Notes: generated by a model from the letters alone, not told the origin. 64,000 nucleotides of DNA from Methanomassiliicoccales archaeon (GCA_026394395.1 JAPKYK010000001.1:223940-287939), one strand, 5' to 3'. Numbered from the stretch's first letter, positions 49,887-59,939 are shown. Numbers and translations are program-made.

Positions 49887-50224
49887 TGACCTCCCAGGTC
49901 AACCTCTGCCATGTGGTGCAGCCCATATTGCGCTGGGGCATGATATCGAGCTTATGTATGATGCTGATCGGATTAGCAATAGGGGCGGTCGAGGGCACGG
50001 AGGCCACCGGCGTGCTCTCGTTGGACCGCATCCCCGCTGGACTAGCCGAGCTGGATCCCCTGGCCTTCCTGACACTGGGGCTGGTGCTGCTGATCGCTAC
50101 GCCCCTGACCAGGGTGGTCGGGGCCTTGTTCGTCTTCCTCAAAGAAGGCGACCGCAAGTTCATACTGATCTCCGTGGCCGTTCTGCTCGCGGTCACCGCC
50201 GCCGTCCTTCTCGGGGCGACCTGA
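49886..50224 (+). CDS. DUF1634 family membrane protein
   Basis: ILRWG, LGLVLLIATP..RV; TGATG overlap with the TauE gene. Confidence 0.85.
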   Translation: MTSQVNLCHVVQPILRWGMISSLCMMLIGLAIGAVEGTEATGVLSLDRIPAGLAELDPLAFLTLGLVLLIATPLTRVVGALFVFLKEGDRKFILISVAVLLAVTAAVLLGAT

Positions 50225-50283
50225 GCCTCGACATCTGTGGAACCGCATAGTATATCCATACGGTCCAACAATGCCGGTGGGAC

Positions 50284-51612
50284 ATGGTCAAGGAACGCTC
50301 CAAGGACGACCGCTGGTACTACTCCTTCCTCCCCTACAACCTGTCCGGGGGAAGCACCAACGCCCTGATCCCCCTTTTCATCACCGAGGGTCTGAAGGGG
50401 ACGGTGGCCCAGGTGGGCATAGTCAGCGCAGCCACTTCCCTGGCCGCGGTCCCCGGGGCGGTGCTTTGGGGAAATCTATCCGACACCACCAAGCGCCGCG
50501 TCCCCTTCGTTCTCCTGGGATTCCTGGGCGTGGCCTTCTCCCTGGTGCTCATGGGTCTGTCCCAGGGCATCTCCGAGTACTACGTGGCCAACTTCATGTT
50601 CGGTTTTCTCGGCGCGGCCATCGCCCCGGTGGGCACGGTCATGGTCCTGGAAAGCTTCAGCAAGGACCAATGGGCCAAGAAGCTAGGGGAGTTCAGCCGT
50701 GTCGGCGGTCTCGGTTGGGTCGTAGGGTTGCTCATGGGCACGGTATGGCTCATGGTATTCCCTTCCGATGGGGACGCCTTCCCCATGCGGACTCTTTTCG
50801 TCATAGCAGGAATATTGGGATTCCTATCGGTCTTCCTCGGCTGGCGCTATATGAAGGAACCCGCCCGGAACATCACCCGGCGGGAAATGCAGCACATGGA
50901 CCTCTACAAGGTGCCGTCCTACCTCATGGAAAAGCTGCGCTACCTACCCATGCACCTTCTGGACATAGTGGAGATATCCAGCAAGAACCTCAGTTCCAAG
51001 AACTTCCCCTCCAACCTGAAGCGGTACTACATGGTGGTGTTCCTGGCCTTCACCGGCTTCCTGTGCTTCTATGTGGCCCTACCCGTTTTCCTCAGCCAAT
51101 ACGTGGGCATAAGCAGCGCCCAGGTGTTCGCCGTTTATCTGGCCAGTTCTATAGTGTCCCTGGTCTTCTACGCGGTGGCGGGGAGGTTCGTGGACCGTCT
51201 GGGCGGGAGGAAGGTGCAGGTGATGGCCTTCGGGCTCAGGGTACTGATATTCCCCACCTTCTTCGTGGTCACCACGTTATCCATGGACCTGACCACCCTG
51301 TTCCTGCTCATGTGCCTCCTGAACGGCCTGGCTGGAATGTGCTGGGCGCTTCTGGCAGTGGCCGGGGACACCTTGGTGGCCCGGATGGCCAAGCGGGAGT
51401 ACCGCAGCCAGTCCATGGGCATGTACAACTCCATCCGAGGGATATCCTCCATAGTCGGCTCGCTGGTCGGCGGTCTGGTGGCAGAGTTCTACGGTTATCT
51501 GGCCCTGTTCATCCTCTCCTCAATCTTCATAATATCGGCCATCGCCCTACTGTTCAGCACCGATGTGGAAAAGGAGGCCGACGAGACGGTGAAAGAGGTC
51601 GCCACGGTCTGA
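50284..51612 (+). CDS. MFS transporter
   Basis: WGNLSD..KRR and GRFVDRLGGRK motif A; about 12 TM segments. Confidence 0.9.
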   Translation: MVKERSKDDRWYYSFLPYNLSGGSTNALIPLFITEGLKGTVAQVGIVSAATSLAAVPGAVLWGNLSDTTKRRVPFVLLGFLGVAFSLVLMGLSQGISEYYVANFMFGFLGAAIAPVGTVMVLESFSKDQWAKKLGEFSRVGGLGWVVGLLMGTVWLMVFPSDGDAFPMRTLFVIAGILGFLSVFLGWRYMKEPARNITRREMQHMDLYKVPSYLMEKLRYLPMHLLDIVEISSKNLSSKNFPSNLKRYYMVVFLAFTGFLCFYVALPVFLSQYVGISSAQVFAVYLASSIVSLVFYAVAGRFVDRLGGRKVQVMAFGLRVLIFPTFFVVTTLSMDLTTLFLLMCLLNGLAGMCWALLAVAGDTLVARMAKREYRSQSMGMYNSIRGISSIVGSLVGGLVAEFYGYLALFILSSIFIISAIALLFSTDVEKEADETVKEVATV

Positions 51613-51614
51613 TA

Positions 51615-52052
51615 TCAGAGCATGCTGGCGATAGACCGTCCGTACTGCCGGGCCCGTTCCTCCTGGTCCGGACGAAGCTCGTTCCCGTCCATTATGAAAT
51701 GTTCGGGCGGCAAGAGCATCCTCAACCCCTTTTTCGTAAGCAGCTGGCTCAATCGGTCGGCCGCCCCGTAGTGCATGTTCTCATAACGGGTGTCGAAGGT
51801 GACGAAGTCGTGGTCCGTCCCGGCCTCCTTGACGGCGTTCAGGACCAGCGTCCTGAAGCGGAAGGTAGCTCGTCCCCATCTGGTGGGGGAGCCGAGCACC
51901 CATAGTTTCGCTCCCATAAAATCCTCCTCCCCGGAGACCGATTGATGGCGGCATTCCACCTCATGCCCTTTCTCCTTCAGACCTTCGGTGATGGCCTTGG
52001 CCATGCGTTCCGTGTTGCCGTAGATGGAGTCGTACATGACCAGGATCTTCAT
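51615..52052 (-). CDS. Flavodoxin-like protein
   Basis: YDSIYGNTERMA, LGSPT, FDT. Confidence 0.88.
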   Translation of the reverse strand: MKILVMYDSIYGNTERMAKAITEGLKEKGHEVECRHQSVSGEEDFMGAKLWVLGSPTRWGRATFRFRTLVLNAVKEAGTDHDFVTFDTRYENMHYGAADRLSQLLTKKGLRMLLPPEHFIMDGNELRPDQEERARQYGRSIASML

Positions 52053-52218
52053 AAACCAGGCATCCCTTCCGTCATTTACATTCTTTGCCCCATCCAACGT
52101 GGCCGGGCGTGGGCAAAATTTCATATAAGGCAATTCTTGTCATAAGTTCCGGCCAACGGGTCCTGATCGCCTAACATGGACAGGCAAGGTCCGTTCGGAT
52201 CGGGGAATTGGATGGACC

Positions 52219-53259
52219 ATGGGCAGGATAGGACTTGGCACTAAGATCAAGTTGGGCGTTTCTATCGCCCTCATCGTACTGGTAGTGCTGTACTCCGACC
52301 CCGGGGAGATGGGAGAGGCCCTGTCCGGGGTCAACCTCTGGCTCATCGGGCTGGTCGTCATCCTCTATCTCATCAACATGGCCTTCAAGGCTTACCGCTG
52401 GGGGGTGCTGATGGAGCACGCCGGGCACGACGTCCCCTTCCGTTCCACCTTCACCGCCTTCTCCCTGTCCCAGGCCATCAACAACCTCATACCCGGGCGG
52501 GTGGTCGGAGAGACCTCGCGCATCGTGGACATAAACACCCGGGAGGGGGTCAGCATGGGCAAGGGGCTGGCCACGGTGGTCACCGAGCGAATCATGGACT
52601 TCGTGGTGCTGACGGTGCTCTCGGTCACCAGCCTGGTGCTGCTGCTGGCGTACATCGTGGAGGACCTCCGCGGGTACCTGATATTCATGGTCGCGGTCAT
52701 GGTCGTGGCCAACATCTTCTTCATCTACATTTTGGCCAAGCCGGCGCTGCTGGTCCGCCTCGGGGCCTGGGCCGCCAGAAAGATGGACCGATTGTTCAAA
52801 GGGGAGAAGGGCACCGAGCTTTCCGCCAAGATGATGGGCATGATCGGCTCCTTCAACGAGGCCTTGACCTTCAAGGGGAACCGTAAGCTCATGGTATGGG
52901 CCGCGGTGCTCACTGTATTCATCTGGGTGAACGAGATCGCCCGCCTTTTCCTGATCATCATGGCCTTGGGTGCGGAGGTCTCGCTGGTCGCGGTGGTGGC
53001 CGCCTCCAGCCTGGCCTCGCTCAGCGGCGTGCTGCTAGCGGCCGGTAGCGGCAACGTGGTCATGTCCTCGGCGGTCTTCACCGCCGCTAAATTGGACGTG
53101 CACATCGCCACCACCGCGGGCGTATTAAGTGCCCTGACCTCCATATGGCTTGCCGTGCCGGTAAGTCTCATAGCTATGCTGGTCGATCACCGGCTGGGAC
53201 CGCCGGCCAACTCGGCAAAGTCCAGCAAGACTACAGACGAAAAGAAGGGATTGAACTGA
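52219..53259 (+). CDS. Lysylphosphatidylglycerol-synthase TM/flippase-like protein (UPF0104)
   Basis: KAYRW, NNLIPGR..GE..R, ERIMD. Confidence 0.85.
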   Translation: MGRIGLGTKIKLGVSIALIVLVVLYSDPGEMGEALSGVNLWLIGLVVILYLINMAFKAYRWGVLMEHAGHDVPFRSTFTAFSLSQAINNLIPGRVVGETSRIVDINTREGVSMGKGLATVVTERIMDFVVLTVLSVTSLVLLLAYIVEDLRGYLIFMVAVMVVANIFFIYILAKPALLVRLGAWAARKMDRLFKGEKGTELSAKMMGMIGSFNEALTFKGNRKLMVWAAVLTVFIWVNEIARLFLIIMALGAEVSLVAVVAASSLASLSGVLLAAGSGNVVMSSAVFTAAKLDVHIATTAGVLSALTSIWLAVPVSLIAMLVDHRLGPPANSAKSSKTTDEKKGLN

Positions 53260-53978
53260 AGTGCACAATCGTTCTGATGTTAAAGAATGAAGAAGGGAAC
53301 GTCGGCCCGCTGACCGAGGACATACTCGAGGTGTACCGAGACCAGAAGATCGACGGCGAGGTCCTGCTGGTGGACGACGGCAGCATCGATAAATCGAAGG
53401 AGATATGCGATCAGCTGGCCAAGGACCACCCGAACGTGCGGACGGTGCACCACGTGAAGAATCTGGGACGGTCGTACGCTATCCGCACCGGCTTCCAGCA
53501 GGCCAAGGGCGAGATCGTCATAATCATGGACGCCGACCGCCAGTACGAGCCGAAGCAGATCCCCATGTTCCTGGCCAAGATGGACGAGGGCTACGACGTG
53601 GTCACTGGCTGGAGGAAGGAACGCACCGACACCTTTATCCGCCGCTTCATCTCCCGAACCTACAACCGTTTAATCATCCGCCGCAAGTTCAAGCTGCAGA
53701 TCAAGGACCAGAACAGCGGCTTCAAGGCCTTCCGCCGGGAAAAGGCGGTGGCCATGGGCTTCGACCCCGAGGGCTACCAGGGCCTGCACCGCTTCATCCT
53801 TCCGTTAGCGGCGCTGAAGGGCCTGAAGATAGCTGAGGTGCCCATCGTGCACTACGACCGACCCAGCGGCAAGTCGTACATCAAGTTCTACACCGTGCCA
53901 TTCATCACTTTGCGCGACTTCTCCAAGTTCAAGAAGGACCACAAGGAAGAGATCAAGGCCCTGAAGAAGAAGGGCTGA
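53256..53978 (+). CDS. Family 2 glycosyltransferase (polyprenol-phosphate sugar synthase-like)
   Basis: KNEE.N, VDDGS.D, MDADRQY, GYDVVTGWR, DQNSGFKAF; start inferred at CTG overlapping the upstream stop. Confidence 0.9.
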   Translation: MKCTIVLMLKNEEGNVGPLTEDILEVYRDQKIDGEVLLVDDGSIDKSKEICDQLAKDHPNVRTVHHVKNLGRSYAIRTGFQQAKGEIVIIMDADRQYEPKQIPMFLAKMDEGYDVVTGWRKERTDTFIRRFISRTYNRLIIRRKFKLQIKDQNSGFKAFRREKAVAMGFDPEGYQGLHRFILPLAALKGLKIAEVPIVHYDRPSGKSYIKFYTVPFITLRDFSKFKKDHKEEIKALKKKG

Positions 53979-53994
53979 GCGAGGGGATGCCTTG

Positions 53995-55200
53995 ATGAAC
54001 GGGCTGCGAAGGACCTGGGACAAGGCGATGTCCAAGCTCCGCCCGATGTCGGTGGGGCGCAAGATCGCCGTGTACTTGATCATAACCCTGCTGCTCTACG
54101 GTTCCATGATCGTGGTGGACCACGTCTTTCTGGTCGGAACCATCGAGGACGACCTATCGCATCCGGACCTGGACGTGTACCGGGCCCGGACGCAGACGAT
54201 TTTGGACGGGGGGTTGCTGTACCGGGACGTGCACACCGAGACCCCGCCCATCATCAACTACCTGCTGATCCCCCCGCAGCTGCTGGGCGGCGCGGAGCTG
54301 GACTGGGTCTGGAGCGCCTACTTCTCCTTCTTCGCCTTCCTGATAGCCGTGCTGATGTACTGCTCTCTGCGCCAATTCGACGAATGGAAGGCCTACCTGG
54401 CCGGCATGGTCGTGCTGCTGTCGCCCTTCACCTTCATCGAGTCCGGCACCGGTGAGGACGAGTCCGTCACCGCCTTCGTCTTCATGCTGGCCGCGGTGCT
54501 CATCCTCCTGGAGAGAAAAAGATCGGCCGCCACGGTCATCGGCGTGGGCATCTGGACCAAGATGTTCCCCTTGTTACTGTTCCCAGTGCACTTCCTGCAG
54601 CAACGCCGCTGGAAGGACCGTCTTATGATTTCGGGGATAGTGCTGGCGATCACCCTCCTAATCACCCTGCCCTTCGTCGTCCTGTGCTGGAGCGACTTCT
54701 CCTACTTCCTGAACTTCTACTTCCTGGGGAACGAGGGGCGCCCCACCGGCGGGTCCAGCGTCTGGCACTTCCTGAGGATGGGCGGCTGGGGAATTCCGAG
54801 CATCGTGCAGCTCGGCTTGCTCGGCGCAGCCATGGCCTCCGCCTACCTGTACCCCTATTACAAGAAGATGCCCGCCTGGCAGAGCATGACCCTCATGCTG
54901 GTGGTGTTCTTCGCTTTCTACCCCAAGGTCCACGGGGGCTACTGGATAATGTTGATCGCCCTGCTCTCGGTTTGGGCCGTAGACAACCGCAAGATACTGC
55001 TCCGCATCTTCCTGGCCTTCGTGCCGATGATATTGGCTACCGCCTTCGCCGAAGGCGAGGGCACGGCGCCCCCGGTAGAGTTCTACGGCAGTTGGCTGTT
55101 AGGGTTGGTACTGGCGCTCATCGGCCTGCTGATGTTCGTGGACGCCGTGCGGTTGGCCATGAAGGAGCGCCCCTTCATCGAGGCCGCCCCTTCCGGCTGA
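53995..55200 (+). CDS. GT-C fold membrane glycosyltransferase (GT87/PIG-M-like)
   Basis: DL.VY......ILDG..LYRD...ETPP, GIWTKMFP, multiple TMs. Confidence 0.75.
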   Translation: MNGLRRTWDKAMSKLRPMSVGRKIAVYLIITLLLYGSMIVVDHVFLVGTIEDDLSHPDLDVYRARTQTILDGGLLYRDVHTETPPIINYLLIPPQLLGGAELDWVWSAYFSFFAFLIAVLMYCSLRQFDEWKAYLAGMVVLLSPFTFIESGTGEDESVTAFVFMLAAVLILLERKRSAATVIGVGIWTKMFPLLLFPVHFLQQRRWKDRLMISGIVLAITLLITLPFVVLCWSDFSYFLNFYFLGNEGRPTGGSSVWHFLRMGGWGIPSIVQLGLLGAAMASAYLYPYYKKMPAWQSMTLMLVVFFAFYPKVHGGYWIMLIALLSVWAVDNRKILLRIFLAFVPMILATAFAEGEGTAPPVEFYGSWLLGLVLALIGLLMFVDAVRLAMKERPFIEAAPSG

Positions 55201-55201
55201 T

Positions 55202-55606
55202 TCAGAGCAGCTTCTTTCCAGCCTCTGCGCCGGAGCGGCAGTCGAAGACCTCGGTGACCTTCATGACCACCAATCCCTTGCAATCGAGGTTGGGCCTCCT
55301 CTCCTTGACCATACCTTTCATCTTCTCGTAGTCCGCGCCGGACTCCAGGACCTTAACGTCGCCCTTGACCTTCAGGCAGCCAGGGACGCCGGCGGTCCAG
55401 ACCAACAAAGCAACGCGCGGGTTCTCCTTCAAGTTCTTCAGGGTCTGGTGGAAGAACTGGTTGCCTATCCAGATCGTCTCCGGGTCCATCAATATGGCCA
55501 TGCCGATGGGCACGACGTTCGGATCTCCCTTCTTGGAGGCGGTGGCCATGGCGAAGTACTTGGTGGCCTTGAAGGCCTCTATCATTTCCGGGGTGAGCAC
55601 TACCAT
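55202..55606 (-). CDS. Pyridoxamine 5'-phosphate oxidase family FMN-binding protein
   Basis: ATASKKG.PNVVP, FF.QTLKNL.ENP. Confidence 0.88.
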   Translation of the reverse strand: MVVLTPEMIEAFKATKYFAMATASKKGDPNVVPIGMAILMDPETIWIGNQFFHQTLKNLKENPRVALLVWTAGVPGCLKVKGDVKVLESGADYEKMKGMVKERRPNLDCKGLVVMKVTEVFDCRSGAEAGKKLL

Positions 55607-55657
55607 GCTTCAGGCATGGTCCTATGTACTAATAATCAGTACGCCGGGGTGTCGGGC

Positions 55658-55978
55658 TCAGACCGATCTGATGTTCTCCACGTTCTTAGCATTGGTGAGT
55701 ATCTGGAACTTGGAAATCCCTCGAGGTATGACCAGGATCTCTACGTTCTCTATGGAGTGTATGTGGCTCTGGACCAGGGGCCAGTCCACATCCGGTTCGA
55801 ACGTGAGTCGCTCCACGTTGTTGATGATAACCATACCGTCGAGGGACGCCAGGTCCTGGCGGTTGATGGCGATATCCTCCATGTTCCTGATGCGATACAC
55901 CGGTCCCTGGTGCTGTTCCAGGTAGGCCCGCATGGCCTGGGTGGTCAGATCGCCGATGGAGACCAGCACCAAGGCCAT
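55658..55978 (-). CDS. Hypothetical protein
   Basis: About 106 aa from MALVLVSIGD; no motif recognised. Confidence 0.45.
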   Translation of the reverse strand: MALVLVSIGDLTTQAMRAYLEQHQGPVYRIRNMEDIAINRQDLASLDGMVIINNVERLTFEPDVDWPLVQSHIHSIENVEILVIPRGISKFQILTNAKNVENIRSV

Positions 55979-56211
55979 TGAGTTCGTGGCCGAGGAAGGT
56001 CGTAAGATGGGTTTGGAGATGAAACGCTCGGGGGTCCCCGGCTCTCCCCCAGAAGAGATAGTCAAGGCGTCCAAGGACTATGACATAGTGGTCATGGGCA
56101 CCGCCGGACGGACCGGTCTGGCCCACCTGCGGCTCGGAAGCGTGGCCGAGCAGGAAATCCAAATGCCCTGTCCTGGTGGTCAGGGCCTCCGCCACCCGTC
56201 CGATGATCTGA
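55968..56211 (+). pseudogene. Universal stress protein remnant (N-truncated, frameshifted)
   Basis: GSPPEEI...DIVVMGTAGRTGL..L.LGSVAE in one frame; RKSKCPVLVVR continues in the +1 frame from 56152. Confidence 0.75.
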
Positions 56212-56320
56212 ACATCTGAATATATCAGATGGTCCTCGGACCACCGTTCGAGACGAACGGTTTATATCTATTTCAAATGCGTAATGACCCCAATACCCAA
56301 GGTATAGGTGGCTTGCATCG

Positions 56321-57916
56321 ATGGTTGGACGATCTAAGGGTAATGTTCTTTCTGTGGTCTTCATCTCATTGTTACTGTTCGGAACCTTGTGCGTAGGCTT
56401 TGCCAATGTGGCATCCGCCGAGGAAGAATTCATGGATGGTGACTACATCTATACGGTCAACGCCTCTCTCACCGAGGCCACGATCAAGCAATATGTGGGC
56501 CTTGGAGGAGACATCACCATCCCTTCCACTTTAGGAGGATATCAGACCGCGGTGATTCAACACGAGGCGTTCAGCTACCCCGGCGGGCTCCTGGTCACCT
56601 CGGTCATCATCCCCAACAACGTCATTACCATCGAGGACTATGCTTTCGCCAATTGCATTCTATTGACCTCGGCCTATATTGGCAGTGGCGTCACATCATT
56701 TGGAGAACAGGCGTTCCTCGGCTGCGATTCCCTGGTCTCCATCACCGTGGACGATTCCAATCCGAGCTATAGAAGCATTGTAGGTGTATTGTACGACAAA
56801 GACCTTACCACCTTGATCAAATGTCCGTCGGCCAAGGCTGGAGAGGTAATAATCCCCCACGGTGTCACCTCGATTGGTTGGTATGCCTTCGATTCCTGTA
56901 AACTCCTGGAACATCTGGCCATGGGAAATGGTATCACGTCCATCAAATCCTACACATTCTACGAAAGCACCGCCCTGGAATCGGTGACCTTCACTCCGAA
57001 CAGCAATCTCGTATCCATCGGAGAACGGGCTTTCGATTCCTGTACCTCGTTGAAGGCCATCGATCTGCCGGACAAGCTTGAGACCATTGGGGACAGTGCG
57101 TTCCGGTCGTGCACTTCGCTGACCCCGTTGAACATACCTGGAAATGTCACCTCGATCGAATCGGGTGCATTCTCAGAATGTACTTCGTTGACGGGCGTTA
57201 TGATACCAGCCAGCGTCACGTCCATCGGAAATTACGCTTTCGGCGGTTGTAATAACCTGACATCGATCGACGTGGAGGAAGCGAACGCCAATTATTCCAG
57301 CATTGATGGTGTTCTGTACAACAAGACCGCGACCGCCCTTCTTCAATATCCAGCCGGAAAAGCAGGCGTGCTCGTCCTCCCCAGCAGTGCAACAGAAATA
57401 GAGAGAGGAGCTTGTATCAATTGCTACAACTTGACCTCGGTGACCATGGGAGACGACGTCGCCACCATCGGCTGGGGCGCATTTTATGGTTGTAGCAACC
57501 TGACCTCGGTGACTATGGGAAAGGGCATAACAACAATCGGTCTCTCAGCGTTCTTAGGCTGCACAGGACTGAGCTCCATCGTCATACCGGCAAGTGTGAC
57601 AACTATCGGAGACTTTGCTTTCTTTGGCTGCTATTCCTTGACCAACATCACCTTCCTTGGGCTGGTCTCTCCCTTGTACGTCGGGCAGGCCTGGATAACG
57701 GACACACCAGCGACCTTGCGGGGCCACGCGGACCCTGACTCGAACTTCCCAGTGCCAGGAGCCACCTTCTACGGGCTGACCATGGGCTACAACATCGAGG
57801 CGCCCGAACCCGAATCCAACGATAACACCATTTTAATAATACTGGCCGTCATCGCTATCATAGCCGTGCTCGTGGCTGTGATAATGCTAATGCGTAAGCG
57901 CAAAGGAAAGGCGTGA
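56321..57916 (+). CDS. BspA-like leucine-rich repeat surface protein
   Basis: Signal peptide, repeated VTSIG..AF..C..L.S(V/I).IP, C-terminal TM plus RKRKGK. Confidence 0.93.
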   Translation: MVGRSKGNVLSVVFISLLLFGTLCVGFANVASAEEEFMDGDYIYTVNASLTEATIKQYVGLGGDITIPSTLGGYQTAVIQHEAFSYPGGLLVTSVIIPNNVITIEDYAFANCILLTSAYIGSGVTSFGEQAFLGCDSLVSITVDDSNPSYRSIVGVLYDKDLTTLIKCPSAKAGEVIIPHGVTSIGWYAFDSCKLLEHLAMGNGITSIKSYTFYESTALESVTFTPNSNLVSIGERAFDSCTSLKAIDLPDKLETIGDSAFRSCTSLTPLNIPGNVTSIESGAFSECTSLTGVMIPASVTSIGNYAFGGCNNLTSIDVEEANANYSSIDGVLYNKTATALLQYPAGKAGVLVLPSSATEIERGACINCYNLTSVTMGDDVATIGWGAFYGCSNLTSVTMGKGITTIGLSAFLGCTGLSSIVIPASVTTIGDFAFFGCYSLTNITFLGLVSPLYVGQAWITDTPATLRGHADPDSNFPVPGATFYGLTMGYNIEAPEPESNDNTILIILAVIAIIAVLVAVIMLMRKRKGKA

Positions 57917-57960
57917 TCAGAGCACGGAGAATCAGTTCCCCCAAAGATAAAATAGTCAAG

Positions 57961-58044
57961 TGCAGGGGAAGGGATTTGAACCCTCGGACCGCTAGGGACT
58001 AGACCCTGAATCTAGCGCCGTTGGCCAAGCTTGGCTACCCCTGC
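57961..58044 (-). tRNA. tRNA-Leu(CAG)
   Basis: GCAGGGG/CCCCTGC acceptor, CTAGA-TTCAGGG-TCTAG anticodon arm, long variable arm, GGTTCAAATCC. Confidence 0.95.
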
Positions 58045-58073
58045 CTAGGATTTAGCCGAAGGAAATCAACCTA

Positions 58074-58628
58074 CTAATACCTTATGCATTCGTTCCTTTT
58101 TCGAGGGTGCATGGCGAACCATTCTTTGGAGAGTATGGACAGCATCAAGTCGTCCACGTTCCGGCCGTTCTTGGTGCGGTATTGGCGCATCGTTCCTTCC
58201 ACAACGAAACCACACTTCTTGTAGGCCTTCTGCGCCCGCAGGTTCTCGGAATCGGTGATGAGGTCCACCCGGCGCATGCCCAGCTCCTCGAAGCAGTAGC
58301 GGAGCAGGGTGGTGATGGCGTCGCTGCCGTAACCTTTGCTCCAGTAGTCCTTCTCCCCGATCAGGATGCCCATGGTGGCCCGCTTGTACTTCCAGGAGAT
58401 ATCCTCCAATCCGGCGTTGCCGATGGGCTTACCTTCCTTGGTCAAGATGGTAAAGACCATCTTCCCTTCCCGCCTGATGTTGTCCACCCAGTTATGCTCC
58501 ATCTGCAGGCTGATGGGCGAGTCGGCCTTTAGCCAGCGGGTCACCTCCGGGTCGTTGATCCACTTCTCGTACAGCGAAACGTAGCTGCGTTCGGCCGCCA
58601 CCAGGTCGACCTTCTCCCCTATCAGCAT
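58074..58628 (-). CDS. GNAT acetyltransferase (RimJ/RimL family)
   Basis: W.NDPEV, IGEKDYWSKGYG, N.RA.KAYKKCGF..EG. Confidence 0.9.
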   Translation of the reverse strand: MLIGEKVDLVAAERSYVSLYEKWINDPEVTRWLKADSPISLQMEHNWVDNIRREGKMVFTILTKEGKPIGNAGLEDISWKYKRATMGILIGEKDYWSKGYGSDAITTLLRYCFEELGMRRVDLITDSENLRAQKAYKKCGFVVEGTMRQYRTKNGRNVDDLMLSILSKEWFAMHPRKRNECIRY

Positions 58629-59152
58629 GGTTTCGCCTCCGTGGACAGCAGGGAGAGCAGCGTCGAATCGCGCCATTCCCCACCGTTGAAATGGTCTTGA
58701 CGGAGCACACCTTCCACCTGGAAGCCCACGGCCTGGAAGGCGTCCAGGACAGGTTGGTTATCGAACGACACCCTGGTCCACAACCGGTGCAGCCCCTGCC
58801 CGTCGAACAGGTGCTTGGTGGCTAATGCCAGTGCCTCCTCCATCTGTTCCTGGTCCGTCTTCTCTCCCCATATCAATGTTACTTGCGCCGAGTCGCTCAT
58901 GGGTTGAAGGTGGCCGATCTCCACCAGGCCGAGAGGCGTTTCCTGAGACAGCCCAAGGACCACCAGGTCGAAGCGCGAGGGCTGGGCCAGTCGTTCCTTT
59001 ATGATGTCCTGCACCTGCTCCAGGCTGTAGCAGGCCTTCCAGGAGGGCCGCCCCGCGGCCCGGCGCGCCTTGGGGTCGTTCAACCAGCGGAACATGGTAA
59101 TCTCATCAGTGGACTGCAAGGGCTCTAGCCCCACCAGCCTTCCTCGGAGCAT
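58622..59152 (-). CDS. GNAT acetyltransferase (RimJ/RimL-like, divergent)
   Basis: WLNDP, LHRLW, GFQVEGVLR; G.G.G CoA loop not evident. Confidence 0.8.
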   Translation of the reverse strand: MLRGRLVGLEPLQSTDEITMFRWLNDPKARRAAGRPSWKACYSLEQVQDIIKERLAQPSRFDLVVLGLSQETPLGLVEIGHLQPMSDSAQVTLIWGEKTDQEQMEEALALATKHLFDGQGLHRLWTRVSFDNQPVLDAFQAVGFQVEGVLRQDHFNGGEWRDSTLLSLLSTEAKPC

Positions 59153-59258
59153 GAGGCATCCATAGCCTAAGTGGGAAATAATCCTATTCCCCGGCATGCT
59201 TCGGGCCTTCCCCTCCTTCCAGCGCAAAAATGATTTATGGGGAACGGCATGGCCGGGC

Positions 59259-59891
59259 ATGGACCTGAAGATCGTGCTTTTGGGACCCCCGGGATCGGGC
59301 AAGGGAACGCAGACCGAGAGGCTGGTAGCCGAGTTTGGTTTCACCAAGATATCCACCGGGGACCTGCTGCGCGAGGCGGTCCGCAACGGCACCCCATTGG
59401 GAAAGGAGGCCAAGGGCTACATGGACGCCGGGAAGCTGGTCCCGGACGACCTGGTGATCGGCCTGATCAAGGAGAAGCTCAAGGGGCTGAAGGGCGCCGT
59501 GCTGCTGGACGGCTTCCCCCGCTCCCTGGAGCAAGCCAAGGCCCTGGACAAGTTCTTCCACGTGGAGATGGCCGTGGACCTGGAAGTGGACCAGGAAGTG
59601 CTCATCAAACGCCTCACCGAGAGGAGGTCCTGCAAGGCCTGCAACGCCGTGTTCCACCTGGAGTTCAACCCACCCAAGAAAAAGGGCATCTGCGACAAGT
59701 GCGGCGGAGAGCTGTATCAAAGGAGCGACGACACCGAGAAGATCGTGCGGGAAAGGTTCACCACCTACACCGAACGCACAGCCCCGCTCACCGAGCACTA
59801 CCGCAAGAAGGGCGTGCTCAAATCGGTGGACGGCATGGGCTCCATCGACGACGTTTACAAGCGCATCGCCAAGGTAATAAAGGCTGCCTGA
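59259..59891 (+). CDS. adk: Adenylate kinase (bacterial-type, zinc lid)
   Basis: GPPGSGKGT, STGDLLR, LDGFPR, CKAC...CDKC lid, QRSDD. Confidence 0.96.
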   Translation: MDLKIVLLGPPGSGKGTQTERLVAEFGFTKISTGDLLREAVRNGTPLGKEAKGYMDAGKLVPDDLVIGLIKEKLKGLKGAVLLDGFPRSLEQAKALDKFFHVEMAVDLEVDQEVLIKRLTERRSCKACNAVFHLEFNPPKKKGICDKCGGELYQRSDDTEKIVRERFTTYTERTAPLTEHYRKKGVLKSVDGMGSIDDVYKRIAKVIKAA

Positions 59892-59939
59892 AGTTAACGA
59901 AAAGGTTAAAGGCAGGTAGTAATTACCACCGTTTCGCAC

